Source: Heptranchias perlo
Taxonomy: Eukaryota
Length of the DNA stretch: 64,000 nucleotides
NCBI RefSeq assembly: GCF_035084215.1
Contig: NC_090349.1
Location: 37,758,001 to 37,822,000, forward strand
Direction of reading: 5' to 3'
Shown here in pieces: positions 49,479-63,036 of this stretch. The notes beneath the pieces are model-generated. The model searched no databases. It was given only the letters and a program-made list of their open reading frames with translations, and was not told the origin of the DNA. Numbering within the stretch: the first letter of the stretch is position 1; every line of letters begins with the position of its first letter. The position numbers were made by a program, and so were the translations under genes.

Positions 49479-50136
49479 GAAAATGGATGAAAGTTAGTGT
49501 CTCAGTCTGGTTCGTAACGTGTTTTAGCATCTCCTGAAAAGCTTTTCCTCTTCAGTTGTCTCCTCTCCTATCCCGAAGATGCAGATTCCTGCTGGGATTG
49601 GGTTCCATGGATGCAGACAGCCCTTCAGTACCTTGCTCAAGTGGCCACTCTTCATGGATGAGCCTAGTCAGTGAGTGTTGACAGGATATCTGACTACATT
49701 TAAACGGAGTCCAGTCCTGTCTATGTATATACACACACACACACACTTTACAGCAAGGTCCCTAGACAACACACGGACTGCAGCAGTTTAAGAAGGCGGC
49801 TTATCCACCACCTTCTCAAGGGCAATTAGGGATGGGCAATAAATGCCGGCCTCGCCAGCGACGCCCACATCCCACGAATGAATTAAAAAAAACAACAATC
49901 AGGAGTGCAAACTGCGGATGGTTTCTCTCTCCTTCTTAGCTAAGGGCGCCTAAGACCAATTGTGTCACAACTGCCACTCAGCACAAAGCTGGAAACGAAA
50001 TACTTTACTACCGAGATATATTTGATTGTTAACAGAATATTAAATTTAATCTTTAATAATCCCAGACTTTCCGCATAATTAAGCTCTAACCAGCCGGAGG
50101 TGCAGCTTTTCGTCAATTTTACTCTGCTCTTTGACT

Positions 50137-50385
50137 CAGCCGTGGCTCAGTGGGCTGCACTCTCGCCTCTGAGTCAGGAGGTTGTGGGTTTAAGTCCCAC
50201 TCCAGAGACTTGAGCCCATAATCTAGGCTGACACTCCAGTGCAGTACTGAGGAGGTGCTGCACTGTTGGAGGTGCCGTCTTTCAGATGAGACATTAAGCC
50301 TAGGCCTCATCTGCCCTCACAGGCGGATGTAAAAGATCCCATGGCACTATTTTGAAGAATACAGGGGAATTCTCCCCGGTGTCCT
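50137..50385 (+). mobile_element. DeuSINE 5' half
   Basis: agccgtggctcagtggg head through the Deu-like core. Confidence 0.85.
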
Positions 50386-51692
50386 GTGTGTGCAGAAATT
50401 AGGTTAGGACGGAGTTGGATTAAATGGAAATATAGAAAATTACAGGACTGGAAGATACTCTGAAGTCCATCAGGTCAGTCTCAAAGATCAGTGCCTCTCG
50501 ATCACCTACTCCCTCACATATCCAATTCTCCCATAACTTTTTCAACACTATCTGCCTCCATTGACTCCCTGGCCAATCCATTCCACCTTCAGCGTAAAGT
50601 GGTTAAATCTAAACTATCTTTCCTCTTCTAAGCTTGAGCCTGTGTCCTTTGGTCCGAGAGTTTGTGACAATCTCAAATATATTGTCAGGGTTCAATTCCT
50701 TTAAGAATCTTGAATAAGATCTCCCTTGAGCCTTCTCTTCATAGTAAACCAATCCTAAATTCTTCAAGCTCTCCTCAGAGGTTAGATGCCTTACAATAAG
50801 TATCAGTTGGGCTGAGACGTCCTCAGTGTGTGTCAGCAGGCTATTCAACAGTGGAGGGCATCATAGCCAAACTGATCAGCTCGGTTAAGGCATCAAGGCT
50901 CACAGATGAAGAATAGTCATTGAGGTGAGAGCTGCCAACACCCATGGAACTGCCCCCAGAAAGAGTCAGCGCCTTCAGGGGAGGAGGGGGGAGGGAAAAA
51001 TTTTGCGGGGGGGGGGGGGGGGGGGGGAACAAAATGAATTCACTTTCTTCATGTGACCTTCTGAGTTGTGCTCCCTGAAAGATTAATGATCGTACCTTCA
51101 CCCAGGCAATAATATTTCCTACCAAACATTCCTTCCAAGGAAACCTCTTGAGTCTTCTATGGGGAGAATGAAAACAGCAGGTGTCCGGAGCCTGCACTGT
51201 GTCAGCATGACTGCCACAGATACTGGTTCACATGACAACACTCTGAGGAAAGCAGCAGCTGTAGACAAGCAGCTGGTAAAGAACAGTGTGATGGTGGGGG
51301 AGGCAGTTACACAATCGATTAAAGCTGCCGGTGCTTTGGAATTTTCCCACTGCAAAAACTTGCGTTTTAACATAAAGCCTCGTCACATCTCGGAACAGCC
51401 TACAGCACGTTGTGAAGAAGGTCTGGGGCTAATTTGACTTTGTGCGATAGTGTAAAACAGCTGATAGCAAATTGGCAGTCCGTTTTACATCCCGAGAGAT
51501 ATAAAAAAAAATAGCGTCTAGTTTGTACACAGCACGATCCTGTAATCAGCAAATGAGATAATATGGCCAGTTAATCTGATTTTTGGTGCAGCCGGTTGAA
51601 ACATGAATGTTAGCCAGAACACTAGGAAAACTCCCTGCTCTACTTAAAATAGTGTCATGGGATTATTATGCTCACCTGAACAGGCAGATAGG

Positions 51693-52034
51693 CGTCCTCG
51701 TGGGCCTGCTCCTGGGCCTGTCCAAGGTGGCCATCCACAGGTCCAGGTTGCTCGCGGCCCGTGGGGGCGGTCGCTCGGCCTGTCTGCCTCTCTTCCGCAG
51801 AATGCTCCGCGCCCGGGTGGCCCTGGAGATGGAGCACGCGGTGTCTGCCAGTACGCTTGAGGCTTTCAGCGACCGGTGGGCACCGCAGGGGCTGGAGTGC
51901 ATCCTGAACGAGGACAATAAAATTTTAATTTGAAACTTGGTTCTGGTTCTTTTGGTTTTTAGTTTTTAAGCACACCCTACCCCCCCCTTCTTATATAAGG
52001 GGGGCCTAAATAAAGAGAAAAAACCCCCCAAAAA
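51693..52034 (+). mobile_element. Tx1-clade LINE 3' end with 14-bp TSD, inserted in a decayed DeuSINE
   Basis: LLLGLSKVAIHRSR...CLPLFRRMLRARVALEMEHAVSASTLEAFSDRWAPQG*; TSD AACAGGCAGATAGG at 51679-51692 and 52035-52048. Confidence 0.85.
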
Positions 52035-52579
52035 AACAGGCAGATAGGACTTTGGTTTAGCACATTATCAGCCAATGTAGCACTCCCTCAGTATTGCACT
52101 GAAGTATCAGACGGATTATGTGGTCAAGTCTTGGACTGGGGTTTGTGACCCGGAGGTGAGGTTGTTATCAACTGAGCCAAGCTGACACTTAATTTAGCCA
52201 CTGCAGGGTCCTGGCAGTAGCATCAAAATAACTGTGCATGTGCAAGGTGGGACTTAAGTTTCTGGAAAGTGTGTGCTGCTTACAAGTTGGTGGTGCCTCT
52301 TTAAATCTTGCAGGCTCAGCCTGTCATCTGCTCCACATTTCCCCCAGGTGCTGCAGTTGAGTAATATTCTTTCCAGCTGCTTCCCATCCTAATCGAGAAA
52401 GAGCACAGGACACACAAGCAAACTGTGATACATGTATTAGTAAAACAGATGAAGGTTTCAAGTTTTTTTTTCCTTCTGAATTGGAATCTTTAAATATTTA
52501 GTTGTGGATTTGGGTGGTCCCCTCCTGAAAGCTCTCAAATAAATGGGATAAAATAAACCTGCTTTTTCTGGTTTGCTTG

Positions 52580-52860
52580 ACTTAAACATAAGATAGTCAA
52601 TTATAAATCCAATAGGGAATTGAGGAGAAACTTCTTTACCCAACGAGTAGTTAGAATCTGGAACTCACTACCACAAGAAGTAGTTGAGGCGAATAGCACT
52701 GATACACTTAAGGATAAAGACATGAGAAAGAAAGGTACAGAAGGTTATGCTGATAGGGTTAGATGAAGTAGGGTGGGAGGCAGCTCATGCAGAGCATAAA
52801 CCCCGGCATGGACTAGTTGGGCTGAATGGCCTGTTTCTGTGATATAATCTTTGTAATTTT
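52580..52860 (+). mobile_element. CR1 LINE 3' end
   Basis: aggagaaacttctttacccaacgagtagttagaatctggaactc. Confidence 0.82.
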
Positions 52861-53409
52861 ACATACTATCTCCTCCATTGTGAAGCTTGCTTCAGGGTAA
52901 GTTGCTTGTAAATGCAAAAGATTTTTTTTTGTGGGGGAGGGGGTAAATTCTGTGTTCAATAAGATGAGGGACGTTAGGGTTGGAAAATGGAGCACTTTCA
53001 CGTTTGGGAACTGTGTTTCAAATTCAACCATTCCCAGCTCAGGTATGGTACAGATAAATGTGTTAAGAAGAAAAGCTCCCTCTATTTCAACAATGGGCCT
53101 CGCCCCAATCTTAGAAGAGCATTCTCCCTGACACTAAAGAACACTTTTTATATTGTACACCAAATACTCTGTGGTCCCTGTGAGTGAGACTAGTGCCACA
53201 CTAAGGACAGTCTTGTGTTGTAGGCCCAAGCGTACAAGAAACTAGATTGAGATGGTCCAAACTCATTTCATTTTGGAAGTTTACAACCAACAGACCAAGA
53301 AAACTTTTATTTTTTCCTGTCTGGAGTGGATTTTAATCCCGATCATAGAGGTGAAATCTAATTCATGGAATCAGCAAATTCCTTCAATGAAAAGGAATTC
53401 TGTTTAGGA

Positions 53410-54380
53410 TCAATCCTTGGTCCCAACTCTTTCTCCCTTGGCAACGTCATCCGAAGACATGGAGTCAGCTTCCACAAGTACGCTGATGACATCCAGCTCT
53501 ACCTCTCCATCATCTCTCCTGACCCCATCACTGCCTCTGTGCTGTCAGACTGCTAGTCCAAAAACCAGCCATGGATGAGCTGCAGTTTCCTCCAGGTAAA
53601 TATTGGGAAGACTGAAGCGGTCGTCTTTGGTCCCTGCCACAAACTCCATATCATCGCCACTGATTCCATCCCCGTCCCTGGCCATTGTCTCAGGTTGACC
53701 AGACCGTTTGCAACCTCAATGTCCTAATTGAAACCAAACTGAGCTTTTGACCCCATATCCCCTCCATCACAAAGACTGTGTACTTCCACTTCTGTAACAT
53801 TGCCTGTCTCCACCTCTGGCTCAGCACATTTGCTGCTGAAACCTTCATCCGCTCCTTTGACACCTCCAGACTCGACTATTCCAATTATCTCCTGGCTGGC
53901 CTCCCATCCTTGACCCTCCATAAATGTCAGCTCATCCAAAACGCATATCTTATGCTGCACCAAGTCCCGCTCATCCATCACCCTGTCCTTGCTGACCTAC
54001 ATTGGCTCCCGGGCCTTCAGTGATCTCGTCATCCTGTTTAAATTCCTTCATGGCCTCGTCCCTCCCAACTCTGTATCCTCCTCCAACCTTTAACCTCCCC
54101 TCCCAGAACTCTCTGTTCCTCCGATTTTGACCTCTTGTACATCCCTCCCTCCATTGGAGGCCGTGGCTTAAGCCGCCTAGGCCCCATGCTCCGAAATATC
54201 TCCGCTAAACCCCTCCACCTTTCCATCTCGGTCTTCACCTTTAAAATCCAACTCTTTGACCAAGCTTTTAGTCAGCCCTCCTAATATCTCCTTCTTTGAC
54301 TAGGCGTCCATTTTTGTCTGCACGCCTCAGTGAAGTACCTTGGTTCATTAAATGCCCTATATAACTGCAAGCTGTTGTTG
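53410..54380 (+). mobile_element. L2 LINE RT to 3' end
   Basis: GSILGP...[17 protein letters not shown]; AETFIRSFDTSRLDYSNYLLAGLP. Confidence 0.9.
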
Positions 54381-54869
54381 TTATTAAGCAGTGTCTGCTG
54401 GTGGTATCAACAGGGGAACTGGTTAGAGCTGTGTTTCAGAACATGATAGAACTGGCCTGGAATTCCGGACCACAAAAACAAGATTAAATGAGAAGAGGCA
54501 GACTGAGTATAGTGCATCATAAGGTGCTATTAATCACAGAAAGTTTTTAATGAACCAGGTGGTACACCCTGCACTGGTACTTCTGGGTTACTCAATTTTG
54601 AACCAAAACCTTTGAAGTCAGTGAGCTGGCCATTGTGCGAGCGTTGAATTAATGTCAGTACAGATACATTCGTTAACCCAGTGCACTTAAGTAATATTGT
54701 TTCAATCATCATCTATCTCAGTTTAGATTGGCTGCAATGTTCTAATGTCAATAGATAAATTCATTAGTCGAGGGGAGGGAGGGGAGTCGATGATTGTGCT
54801 AACTTGTTCCTTTTAGTTCAGCTCCCTTGCACTGCCAGGCTTGACAACTGATTCTGCTATTGTCCGTGA

Positions 54870-55230
54870 GAGGTTACAGTGGCAAGCAGCCAAGATGATT
54901 CTTGGTATCTGCGATATAAATTATAAGGACAGGTGAAGGAAATTGGGTTTGTTTTCTTTGCAAGGGAGGAGGCTTCAAGGTTATGAAGGGAACTGAGGAG
55001 ATGATCGAGGCAAATTGCTCACTATGGTGAAGGGTTCAAATACTGGGCGACACAAGTTGAAAAAAAAATAGAAAATGAAGAGAAAAAAGTCAGAAGTCAC
55101 TTTTTTTACACAAAGGGTAATAGATTTGTGGAAAAAGTTACCAGGCTATGCCATTAATGTGGACAGTATAAATGAGTTCAAGAGGCCATATTTCTTACTG
55201 GAGAGATAAGGAATTGAGGGATATTGTCAA
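54870..55230 (+). mobile_element. Old CR1 3' fragment
   Basis: ERLQWQAAKMILG...FFTQRVIDLWKKLP. Confidence 0.7.
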
Positions 55231-58200
55231 TAGCTGGGGTCACTCTCTGAGAAATGGAGAAGCTTGTTGGAAATTGCCCTTTTCTTTTTCTCAATATGCT
55301 CATATTCAATGTTAGTAGCACTCACCAATTAAAAATGATTAAAGTGCTTTATCACTGCCTGACCTTTCCTGATGGTGAAGTCCTCCAGTTAGGTAAATAA
55401 TCATATGTGTCTATATGTAATTAATCTTGATTTTTGTCACTTATGTTACTGGGTCACTGGGTCTAATTATTTTTAATGACAGTCTCAGTGTAAGTGCATA
55501 GCTAATAGTCTAATGGTATTAAGAGTTGATGCTATTAAAAGATATGACTGAGCTTATTTAGTTATGAATGTTATTACCCCCAAGCACTGCTGTGACTTCC
55601 CAGTGTTTGGCTGGTTACAAATCAAGAAGGAATCCTTCCACCTGACATCCTCAATCACTGTGCAGCAGTGATATTTAGGAGCAGGGTTTTTAACCAGTGC
55701 AGGCCTCGTGTAGCAACTGTTGCTAAGGTGACATTTCTGGTTCAGGAACTGGAGGATAGGGAATTCTGGGAAATATTAGTGTCTCTGGAAATTGATCATA
55801 GTCAGAACTATTACCGTGACTGAATAAGTCAAATTCAGTTCTTATTAAATGGAATTCCTGGAGTTTCATCAGATTTTGGAGACGTTTATCTGTGGAAAGC
55901 CATAAATCAGTTGCCATGGTCACGATATCAATAATAATAAAAACAGAAAATGCTGCAAATACTCAGCAAGTGCTTCACAATATCAATATTTGGGCAGCTG
56001 CTTTTTGGTCCGCGAGCTTTAGGAAATATTAGGCCTAGGTATTTCCGTTTCACATTTTCACGTGACCGAGGGCGGGCGGGAGCACATAGGTGCTCAGGGA
56101 CCTCTTGCACTGCATCTTCGCCTCTGTGTATCTCCACACCCATCCCCCCCCCCCGCCAACCCCTTCCTCATTTACTGGGCACAGTTCCCATCGCGCAGAA
56201 TACACCAGCCCATTAAGTAGGTGGCCATTTAGAATGTGCATGCAAATATTCTCACCATATGTGCTGATTGAAAGCTTTGTGCAAAGCCCACCTGTTTAGT
56301 CTGAGATCTGGTGTTTAATCCGGTCGACGGCAAAGGAGGTAGAATCTACTTGCCAACCAGGGCGTTTACAAATGTTCAGGGAGCTCCGCTCTGCACAGTC
56401 TTCCTGAAAACTCACTGTTTTCGTGAGACATGTGAGATTTGATTTGATACAGCTTTTGGCCTGGGCTCTGGCATCTTCACTCTATTTAAAAAAAAATAGA
56501 AATAATTTAGTATAACCTAAATGAAACAAGTAGAACCCAAATAAAATGAGAATATTAAAAGAATAATGTGACCCATAAGGGCAAACAATTTGGGCCCTTT
56601 ATTTTTGAACTAAGGTGTCCTTATTTTTTTTTAAAAGCAACATTTCACATCTGGGTTAAATGCAATGAATTAAAATACATGTAAACAAGAGGCAATTCGA
56701 CAAGGATTTTTGTTAATTTACTAAAAGAAATAAGGAACACAGCAACATTTAAAGATAACAGTCAAAGCTTTATATCCACAGAGAGCTACTGCATCCTTGT
56801 AACCAAAGGGTTAACTGTAATATTGGGCTCTTCTAACTTTGAATTTTAACTCTACTTTGTTTTTTATATAAAAATTTAAATTTCTGCTACTTTTAAAAAA
56901 AAATGATTGTTGAAAACTAACCTTTCTTGGTTTGCCAGTCATACACAAGCCTGCGTGAGAGGTGAATTGTTTCCATATATAAAAACAGAGAATCATAGAA
57001 TCATACAATAGAGAAGGAGGCCATTCGGTCCATCATGTCTGTGCTGGCTTTTTGAAAGAGCTATCCAATTAGTCCCACTCTCCTGCTCTTTCCCCATATT
57101 TTTCCCTTCAAGTATTTATCCAATTCCCCTTTTGAAAGTTACCATTGAATCTGTTTCCACCACCCTTTCAGGTAGTGAATCCCAGATGGTAACAACTCGC
57201 TGCTTAAAAAATAATACTGATTAAAATTCAGCCAGCTTTAATTAACCATATGGAAGGAAATGAAGAGTTGATAGAGAAAACAAAGATTGTAAAATTATCC
57301 TAAATCACTACTTGCTTTTATCCCCCCTCCTCCCCTTCTCTGTTTTTGCGTGTTCACCAAATCATGTCACTGTCCAGCTTGTAATCATCGACGGATGCCC
57401 AAACCTGGAACCAAATGTGTATTTATAGTACAGACTTCTGTCCAGTCAGCTGTTGACTGCATTATCACACTTGTGTATGTGTACGTCTGGTGGGAGCCGT
57501 CCTTATCACATTTCTCCTGCTCTATGTAGTAAGCCTGCCTAGTAGGATCCATTAGTGGCCGTTTAAAAAGAAGGTTCAAAACTCCCAGCAATATAACTTT
57601 ACAGAGTCGGAAAAAGCAATTCTCTGGAAGGTACAGTAATGCTGGTGTTGGCTTGTGGTGTGAGAAGGATATCTTCGAATGGAAATTGGCACTTTTTTTT
57701 TCTCCGTTTGTATTTCTCTTTCCTCTCGGTGCGGTTTGTTTCTAGACTCTGGAGAGCTTGGCCAAGGGGGTTTATTTTTAGTCCGTGTGGGGACAGCTGT
57801 TGCTGAAGTATCCAGGCTCTCCTATTGTGCTCTCGCTGGGTTCTTGTACCTGTTCGCCGCAGAATGTTGAAGCAAAAAATGTCAATTCGGCTCAAAAATT
57901 GTGTGAGGGGGGAATAAATCTGCCTGCTGCTGCCTGGGGGGAAATAAAAACTGGGATCCAAGTACAAAATCCAATCGATTTAATCTACTAGAGAGCGGGG
58001 GAAGGCCTGGCTTAAATCATGGCCTTCAGTGACATTGCTACCTGGACTGGTTGTTAACCATTTTAATGCTGAGTTGTCAGGCTTATCCTCTAAAGGGAAG
58101 CAGTGAGTAGGGGATAGGGAGTGAGGGGGCCCACCCATACTATCTCTAAAGCCTCCAGTGGGTGTACTATAGATGGTCTGCAGAATGGGCCTCCCAGTTA

Positions 58201-58549
58201 TGGATCACTGACTGTGGACATGTGGGTCAGAGGGGAAGTTGAATGAAGGCAAGCATTTAAAGAAAGAAAAAAATCTTGTTTTATTTTGTCGTATTAAATT
58301 TGTGCGGTTATACTGGAGTCAACTTTAGACTGCAGTTGTATACGGAGGAGGGGAGAGTTGTATAAAAGGAAGTGTAATGGATAAGTTTAAAATATGCAAC
58401 TGAAGTGTACGATGTGATTGATTCGTATTAATACGCTTTGTAGCCACTGTTTAGTCAAACATAAGTCTCTGAAAAATGGATGTAACGTACACATATGTTC
58501 ACAGAGGGACAAAGAGTATTGCAATGGGGCCTAATACACTCGCCCAAAG

Positions 58550-58860
58550 GGTGTAGTAGATCAGGGCCTTGTATGTAGGTCCACTGAGAGGCCTAGAGTG
58601 GTGGGTCAGGGCACGACAGACGGTCCTACAGAGGGGCAGAGGGCAGTGGATTAGTAGATACTACAAGAGCCCACAGGGAGACCCAGTGTGGTGAGTCAGA
58701 GCCTCACAAATAGATCCATGGGAAGGCTCAGTGTAGTAAGCCAGGGCGTTGTTTGTAAGCATGTGAAGAGGCCTAGTGCAGTGGATCAAGGCCTTGCAAG
58801 CAGGCCCACAGGAAGGACCCACTGCATTGGGCCAGGTCCCTTCATGCAGGGGCACATGCA
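58550..58860. repeat. Degenerate tandem repeat, about 45-bp unit x about 7
   Basis: Units resemble gtgyagtggrtcagggccttryaxxyaggyccacaggragggccya. Confidence 0.7.
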
Positions 58861-59465
58861 CTGAGTGAAGGCACAGGAGCATAGCCTGCATTATTTACAT
58901 ATTTCTCACAACATCATCTAATCATACTGAAAGAATAACCCATAGCAGATTGTATGAAAGGTTTACTTAAATATCTATTGAGAACAACTGGGCCGAGCAA
59001 CAGGATGATATCAGAATGTGAAGCAATATGGATTCATTCAATTACCAGCCTGGGGAGGACAGTTTAGGCATGGTATAATTAAAGGGGAGCAATAGTTTGG
59101 GGGTAAGTGATGTTAAGAGAATTTTCCCATTTCTTTAGAGATAAACGATTTTCCCAGAACTTGATGTGGTGAGGCTCCTAAGTGAAGCTTTCTTTGATCT
59201 CCTCTTTAGCACTGAGGAAAGAATGGAGCTGATATTAGGTCCTGGCATTGGCAGATGATAAATTTCAGATTGCATGCGTATCTCAACCACAATGATACAG
59301 GGATGTATTTAAAGGGAAACACTCTCTGGGCCTCAGCACCGATTCTTTTGAAATAATTTCTTAATGATGCTCCTGTTGTAAGATTCCCATATTTTTATTG
59401 TACCATGTAAAACGATTTCTTTGTGGTCACCGTCCCCAGCCAAATATTCCTGTACAATGACCTGA

Positions 59466-60070
59466 AAGAACTTGCATTTTTACAGCACCTTTCATGACTA
59501 GAGGACGTCCCAAAGCGCTTCACAGCCAATGAAGTACTTTTGAAGAGCAGTCGGTGTTTTAATGTAGGGAAAAGGACTGCCAGAATGTGCAGAGCAAGGT
59601 CCCACAAACAGCAATGAGATAAATGACCAGATCTTTAAGATTATGAAAGGGTTTGACAAATGTAGAGAAGAATTTTCCACTTGCAGGGGGGAGACCAGAA
59701 CTAGGGGCCATAAAATATAAGATAGTCACTAATAAATCCAATAGAGAATTCAGGAGAAACTTTTTTACCCAGAGAGCGGTTAGAATGTGGAACTTGCTAC
59801 CACAAGGAGTAGTTGAGGCAACTAGCATAGATGCATTTAAGGGGAAGCTAGATAAACACACGAGGGAGAAAAGAATAGAAGGAAATGTTGATAGGGTTAG
59901 ATGAAGAAGGGTGACAGGAGGCTCGTGTGGAGCATAAACACTAGCATGGACCTGTTGGGCTGAGTGGTCTGTTTTTGTGCTTTACATTCGATGTAATTCT
60001 GTGTAATAATCTGTTTTTGTGATGTTGGTTGAGGGATGAATATTGGTCAGGACTCTGGGAGAGTTCACCA
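59466..60070 (-). mobile_element. DeuSINE split by a plus-strand CR1 3' end (about 59632-60005)
   Basis: The SINE stops at aaatgaccagat and resumes at aatctgtttttgtgatgttggttgag; the CR1 ORF FRRNFFTQRAVRMWNLLPQG lies between. Confidence 0.82.
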
Positions 60071-60865
60071 GCTGAGAACCAGGATATGATTGCAGATGTG
60101 ATTGGGTATTTATTTGGTGGCCGGTATGATGCTTTCAACTATTTAATAAAATACCACTCAGGATGCTGCCTGAAAGCACACAATGGGTAGCTGTGGGCCC
60201 TAAAACACTTTGAGAAAAGGTCCTCGTGATATGTAGACCGTTACATGGCAGGAATACTGAACACAATGTGGGTTATTAAACACCGTAGTATAGCGTGGGG
60301 GAAATTAGATTGTACATTGGGTTAGATTGGAACCTGGAACCTGGTTTGAAATCCACCACATGCTGATGGGATGAAGATCTCCTCGGTCTGCTGTTTGCAA
60401 GGGTCCTGTGTAATACAGGTTTGGGGAGCCCTAGTCCAGCTCTTAGTGGGCATGGACTCGGCACAAAAACTGCAAATTCAGCACTAGTTGCACTGAATCG
60501 ACGAGTTCAGAGGGGCTGCAGGATGGTCGCAGTGTGAGATTTGGAACACAATGTCCCACTGGTGCAGTAGGAGGTGTTCTTTTGAGGTTGAGGGTGAGAC
60601 ACGGTACTGGGTCCGAGGGAGCTTCACTTTGCATCTAACCATGGCTCTACCTGACCTGGGAGCGCTCAGTGTTTACATGGCATTCCCAAGGACAAACATT
60701 CTTTGCCTCTGAGCACAAAAAATAATAGTGAAGTGGGAACAGGCAGCACACAGCATATGCAACATCGACTACGAACAGCGTGCTTTTTTGGGAGGCCATT
60801 GGATTCAAAGGAAAATGAACCAAAAAACAGTTTTACTTTCACGAGTGACAGCTGTTATATAGGCA

Positions 60866-61200
60866 ACTGCCGGAGGTGCCATCTTTCGGATGAGACGTTA
60901 AACCGGGGTCCCGTCTGCCCTCTCCGGTGGATGTAAAAGATCCCACTGCACTATTTCGAAGAAGAACAGGAGAGTTCTCTCCCAGTGTCCTGGCCAACAT
61001 TTATTCCTTAACCAATACCTATAAACAGATTATCTGGTCATTACCTCATTGCTGTTTGTGGGAGTTTGCTGAGCGCAAATTGGCTGCCATGTTTCCTACA
61101 TTACAACAGTGACTACACTTCAAAAGTACTTCAATGGCTGCAAAGTGCTTTGTGACATCCTGAGGGTGTGACAGGCCCTACATAGCAATAGATTCTTTCT
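60866..61200 (+). mobile_element. DeuSINE 3' two-thirds
   Basis: cggatgagacgttaaacc...aaaagatcccactgcac. Confidence 0.85.
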
Positions 61201-61768
61201 TTCTTTTGTTTTTTTTCTTTCATACCCACTGTACTGGATCCTGGTAAATGCCGCAGAGCAGCACACTGAGGTTACCCTCCCAAGAGACGGGCTGCTGTAT
61301 ATAAATCTCAATTTAGACAGGGAGCTTACAGCTGGTAGAAAGAGAAGACTTTGATCTCATCGGTCTGGATTAGTGGAAGTATAATGTGATTCTTAACCTT
61401 CTTCCCACCCCGTCGTACAAGAACATTCATTGAAATTCAAAGGCAGTACCTCATGGCTTGTTAAAGAGCCCACATCATCAGTTATCCATGGCTATGCCTG
61501 AATACTCCAGTTATGCTCCTGATTAGACCAGATCCTAAAGTAAAGCTTCTGACCAAGGAGTAAAAAAATTGCTTGGCACACAATGCAATCTTTTTCCTTT
61601 TGCTCTCCAGAAAAACTTTGGGGCTGGAATTCCCTTTGACGATTAAATTTAGCAAAAAAGGGCACTGTGAGCATAACAAAACTTAGGAAATTGCCCCTCT
61701 CCTTCCTCCCCCAGCAAAAGCACTGATATGAAGAGGTTCACCAGCAGCCATCTAGTACGTTGCATAAT

Positions 61769-62212
61769 TCATAGAATCGTGGAATGGTACAGCACAGAAG
61801 CAGGCCATTCGGCCCATTGTGCCTGTGCTGACTCTTTGAAAGAGCTATCCAATTAATCCTACTCCTCCACTCTTTCCCCATTGCCCTGTAATTGTTTCCT
61901 TTTCAAACATTTATCCAATTCCCTTTTGAAAGTTACTATTGAATCTGCTTCCACCACCCTTTCAGGCAGTGCATTCCGGATCATAACAACTCGCTGCGTG
62001 AAACAATTTCTCCGAATCTCCCCCTGGTTCTTTTTCCAATTATCTTAAATCTGTGTCCTTTGGTTATTGACCCTCCTGCCAGTGGAAACAGTGTCTCTCC
62101 ATCAACTCTATCAAATCCCTTCATTATTTTGAACACTTCAACTAAATCTCCCCTTAACTTTCTTGGCTCTAAGGAGAACAATCCCAGCTTCTCCAGTCTC
62201 TCCACATAACTT
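61769..62212 (-). mobile_element. CR1 LINE 3' end
   Basis: ERLEKLGLFSLEPRKLRGDLVEVFKIMKG. Confidence 0.88.
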
Positions 62213-63036
62213 CCACCAAGTCCTCAATTTTTATCTTTGAGTCGAGATCATGAGTGTTGAAAACTATTCAATTGTGGCAGGGCATCACAGCCCAGCTGTA
62301 ATTTCTTCTTGACTGATGTCCACACATGGAGATACTGGAGAGCAACCAGGAGAAATAAACCCCTACTGATTTCCCCTTCCTTAGCCCAGGGTACCCTGGC
62401 TAGTTGTAACACCTTTACTGCTGCTTCAGTTGAGACCAGCTAACTCTTCACAGGCTGAGAATTGAACCCGAGACCCTCCAGTCTTTTATGGCTCAGTTAC
62501 ACATTCCCTTGATCAACTGAACCTTCGGAGGGCCTGTGCCATTCACTTTTAATTTGTTCCTCTTTTCTCTAATCTTAAAGTACTGATCTCTGGAAAAATA
62601 CCACGATAGGACTGTTTGTGATTTGCTCCAAATTGTGAGCAACACTTAAATTAAAGGAGTGAATGAAAAAGAGCAAGGGAATATTTGCTCTTAAATTAGG
62701 TGCAGACTGAGGATTAGGGAATGTGCCCTCCAAAGGACAAAGATTTTGCTTCCATAAATTACGAAATTGACAGGCAGGAAAAGACAGGCTGGTCCATCAA
62801 GCCTGCCCCAGACCAAGATGGCTGGAGCATCTTAACTAAACACTTCCTCCCTCCCCCCACCCTCTCACCTCCCCTCCTTCCCCCACCCTCCACCCCACCT
62901 CCCCAAGCCATGTAATCTCCTGAGTGAGGCAAAAAAAGCAGCAAAAAAAACCTAGGGCCAATGAAGGGAAAAAATACTCTGGAAAATTCTTTTCTGACCC
63001 CCTCATGATCGAAACCAGTCCAGCAGATCACATGGA

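Noticed and set aside
50137-50205. tRNA gene-like sequence (also at about 8330, 24096, 42660 and 63848)
   Set aside because: tRNA-derived SINE heads that continue into SINE bodies; no complete cloverleaf.
50980-51027. Poly-G tract as a functional G-quadruplex
   Set aside because: Homopolymer at the end of a decayed SINE; common and error-prone in assemblies.
58550-58860. CRISPR-like array
   Set aside because: Eukaryotic context, whole-unit degeneracy, no spacers and no cas genes.
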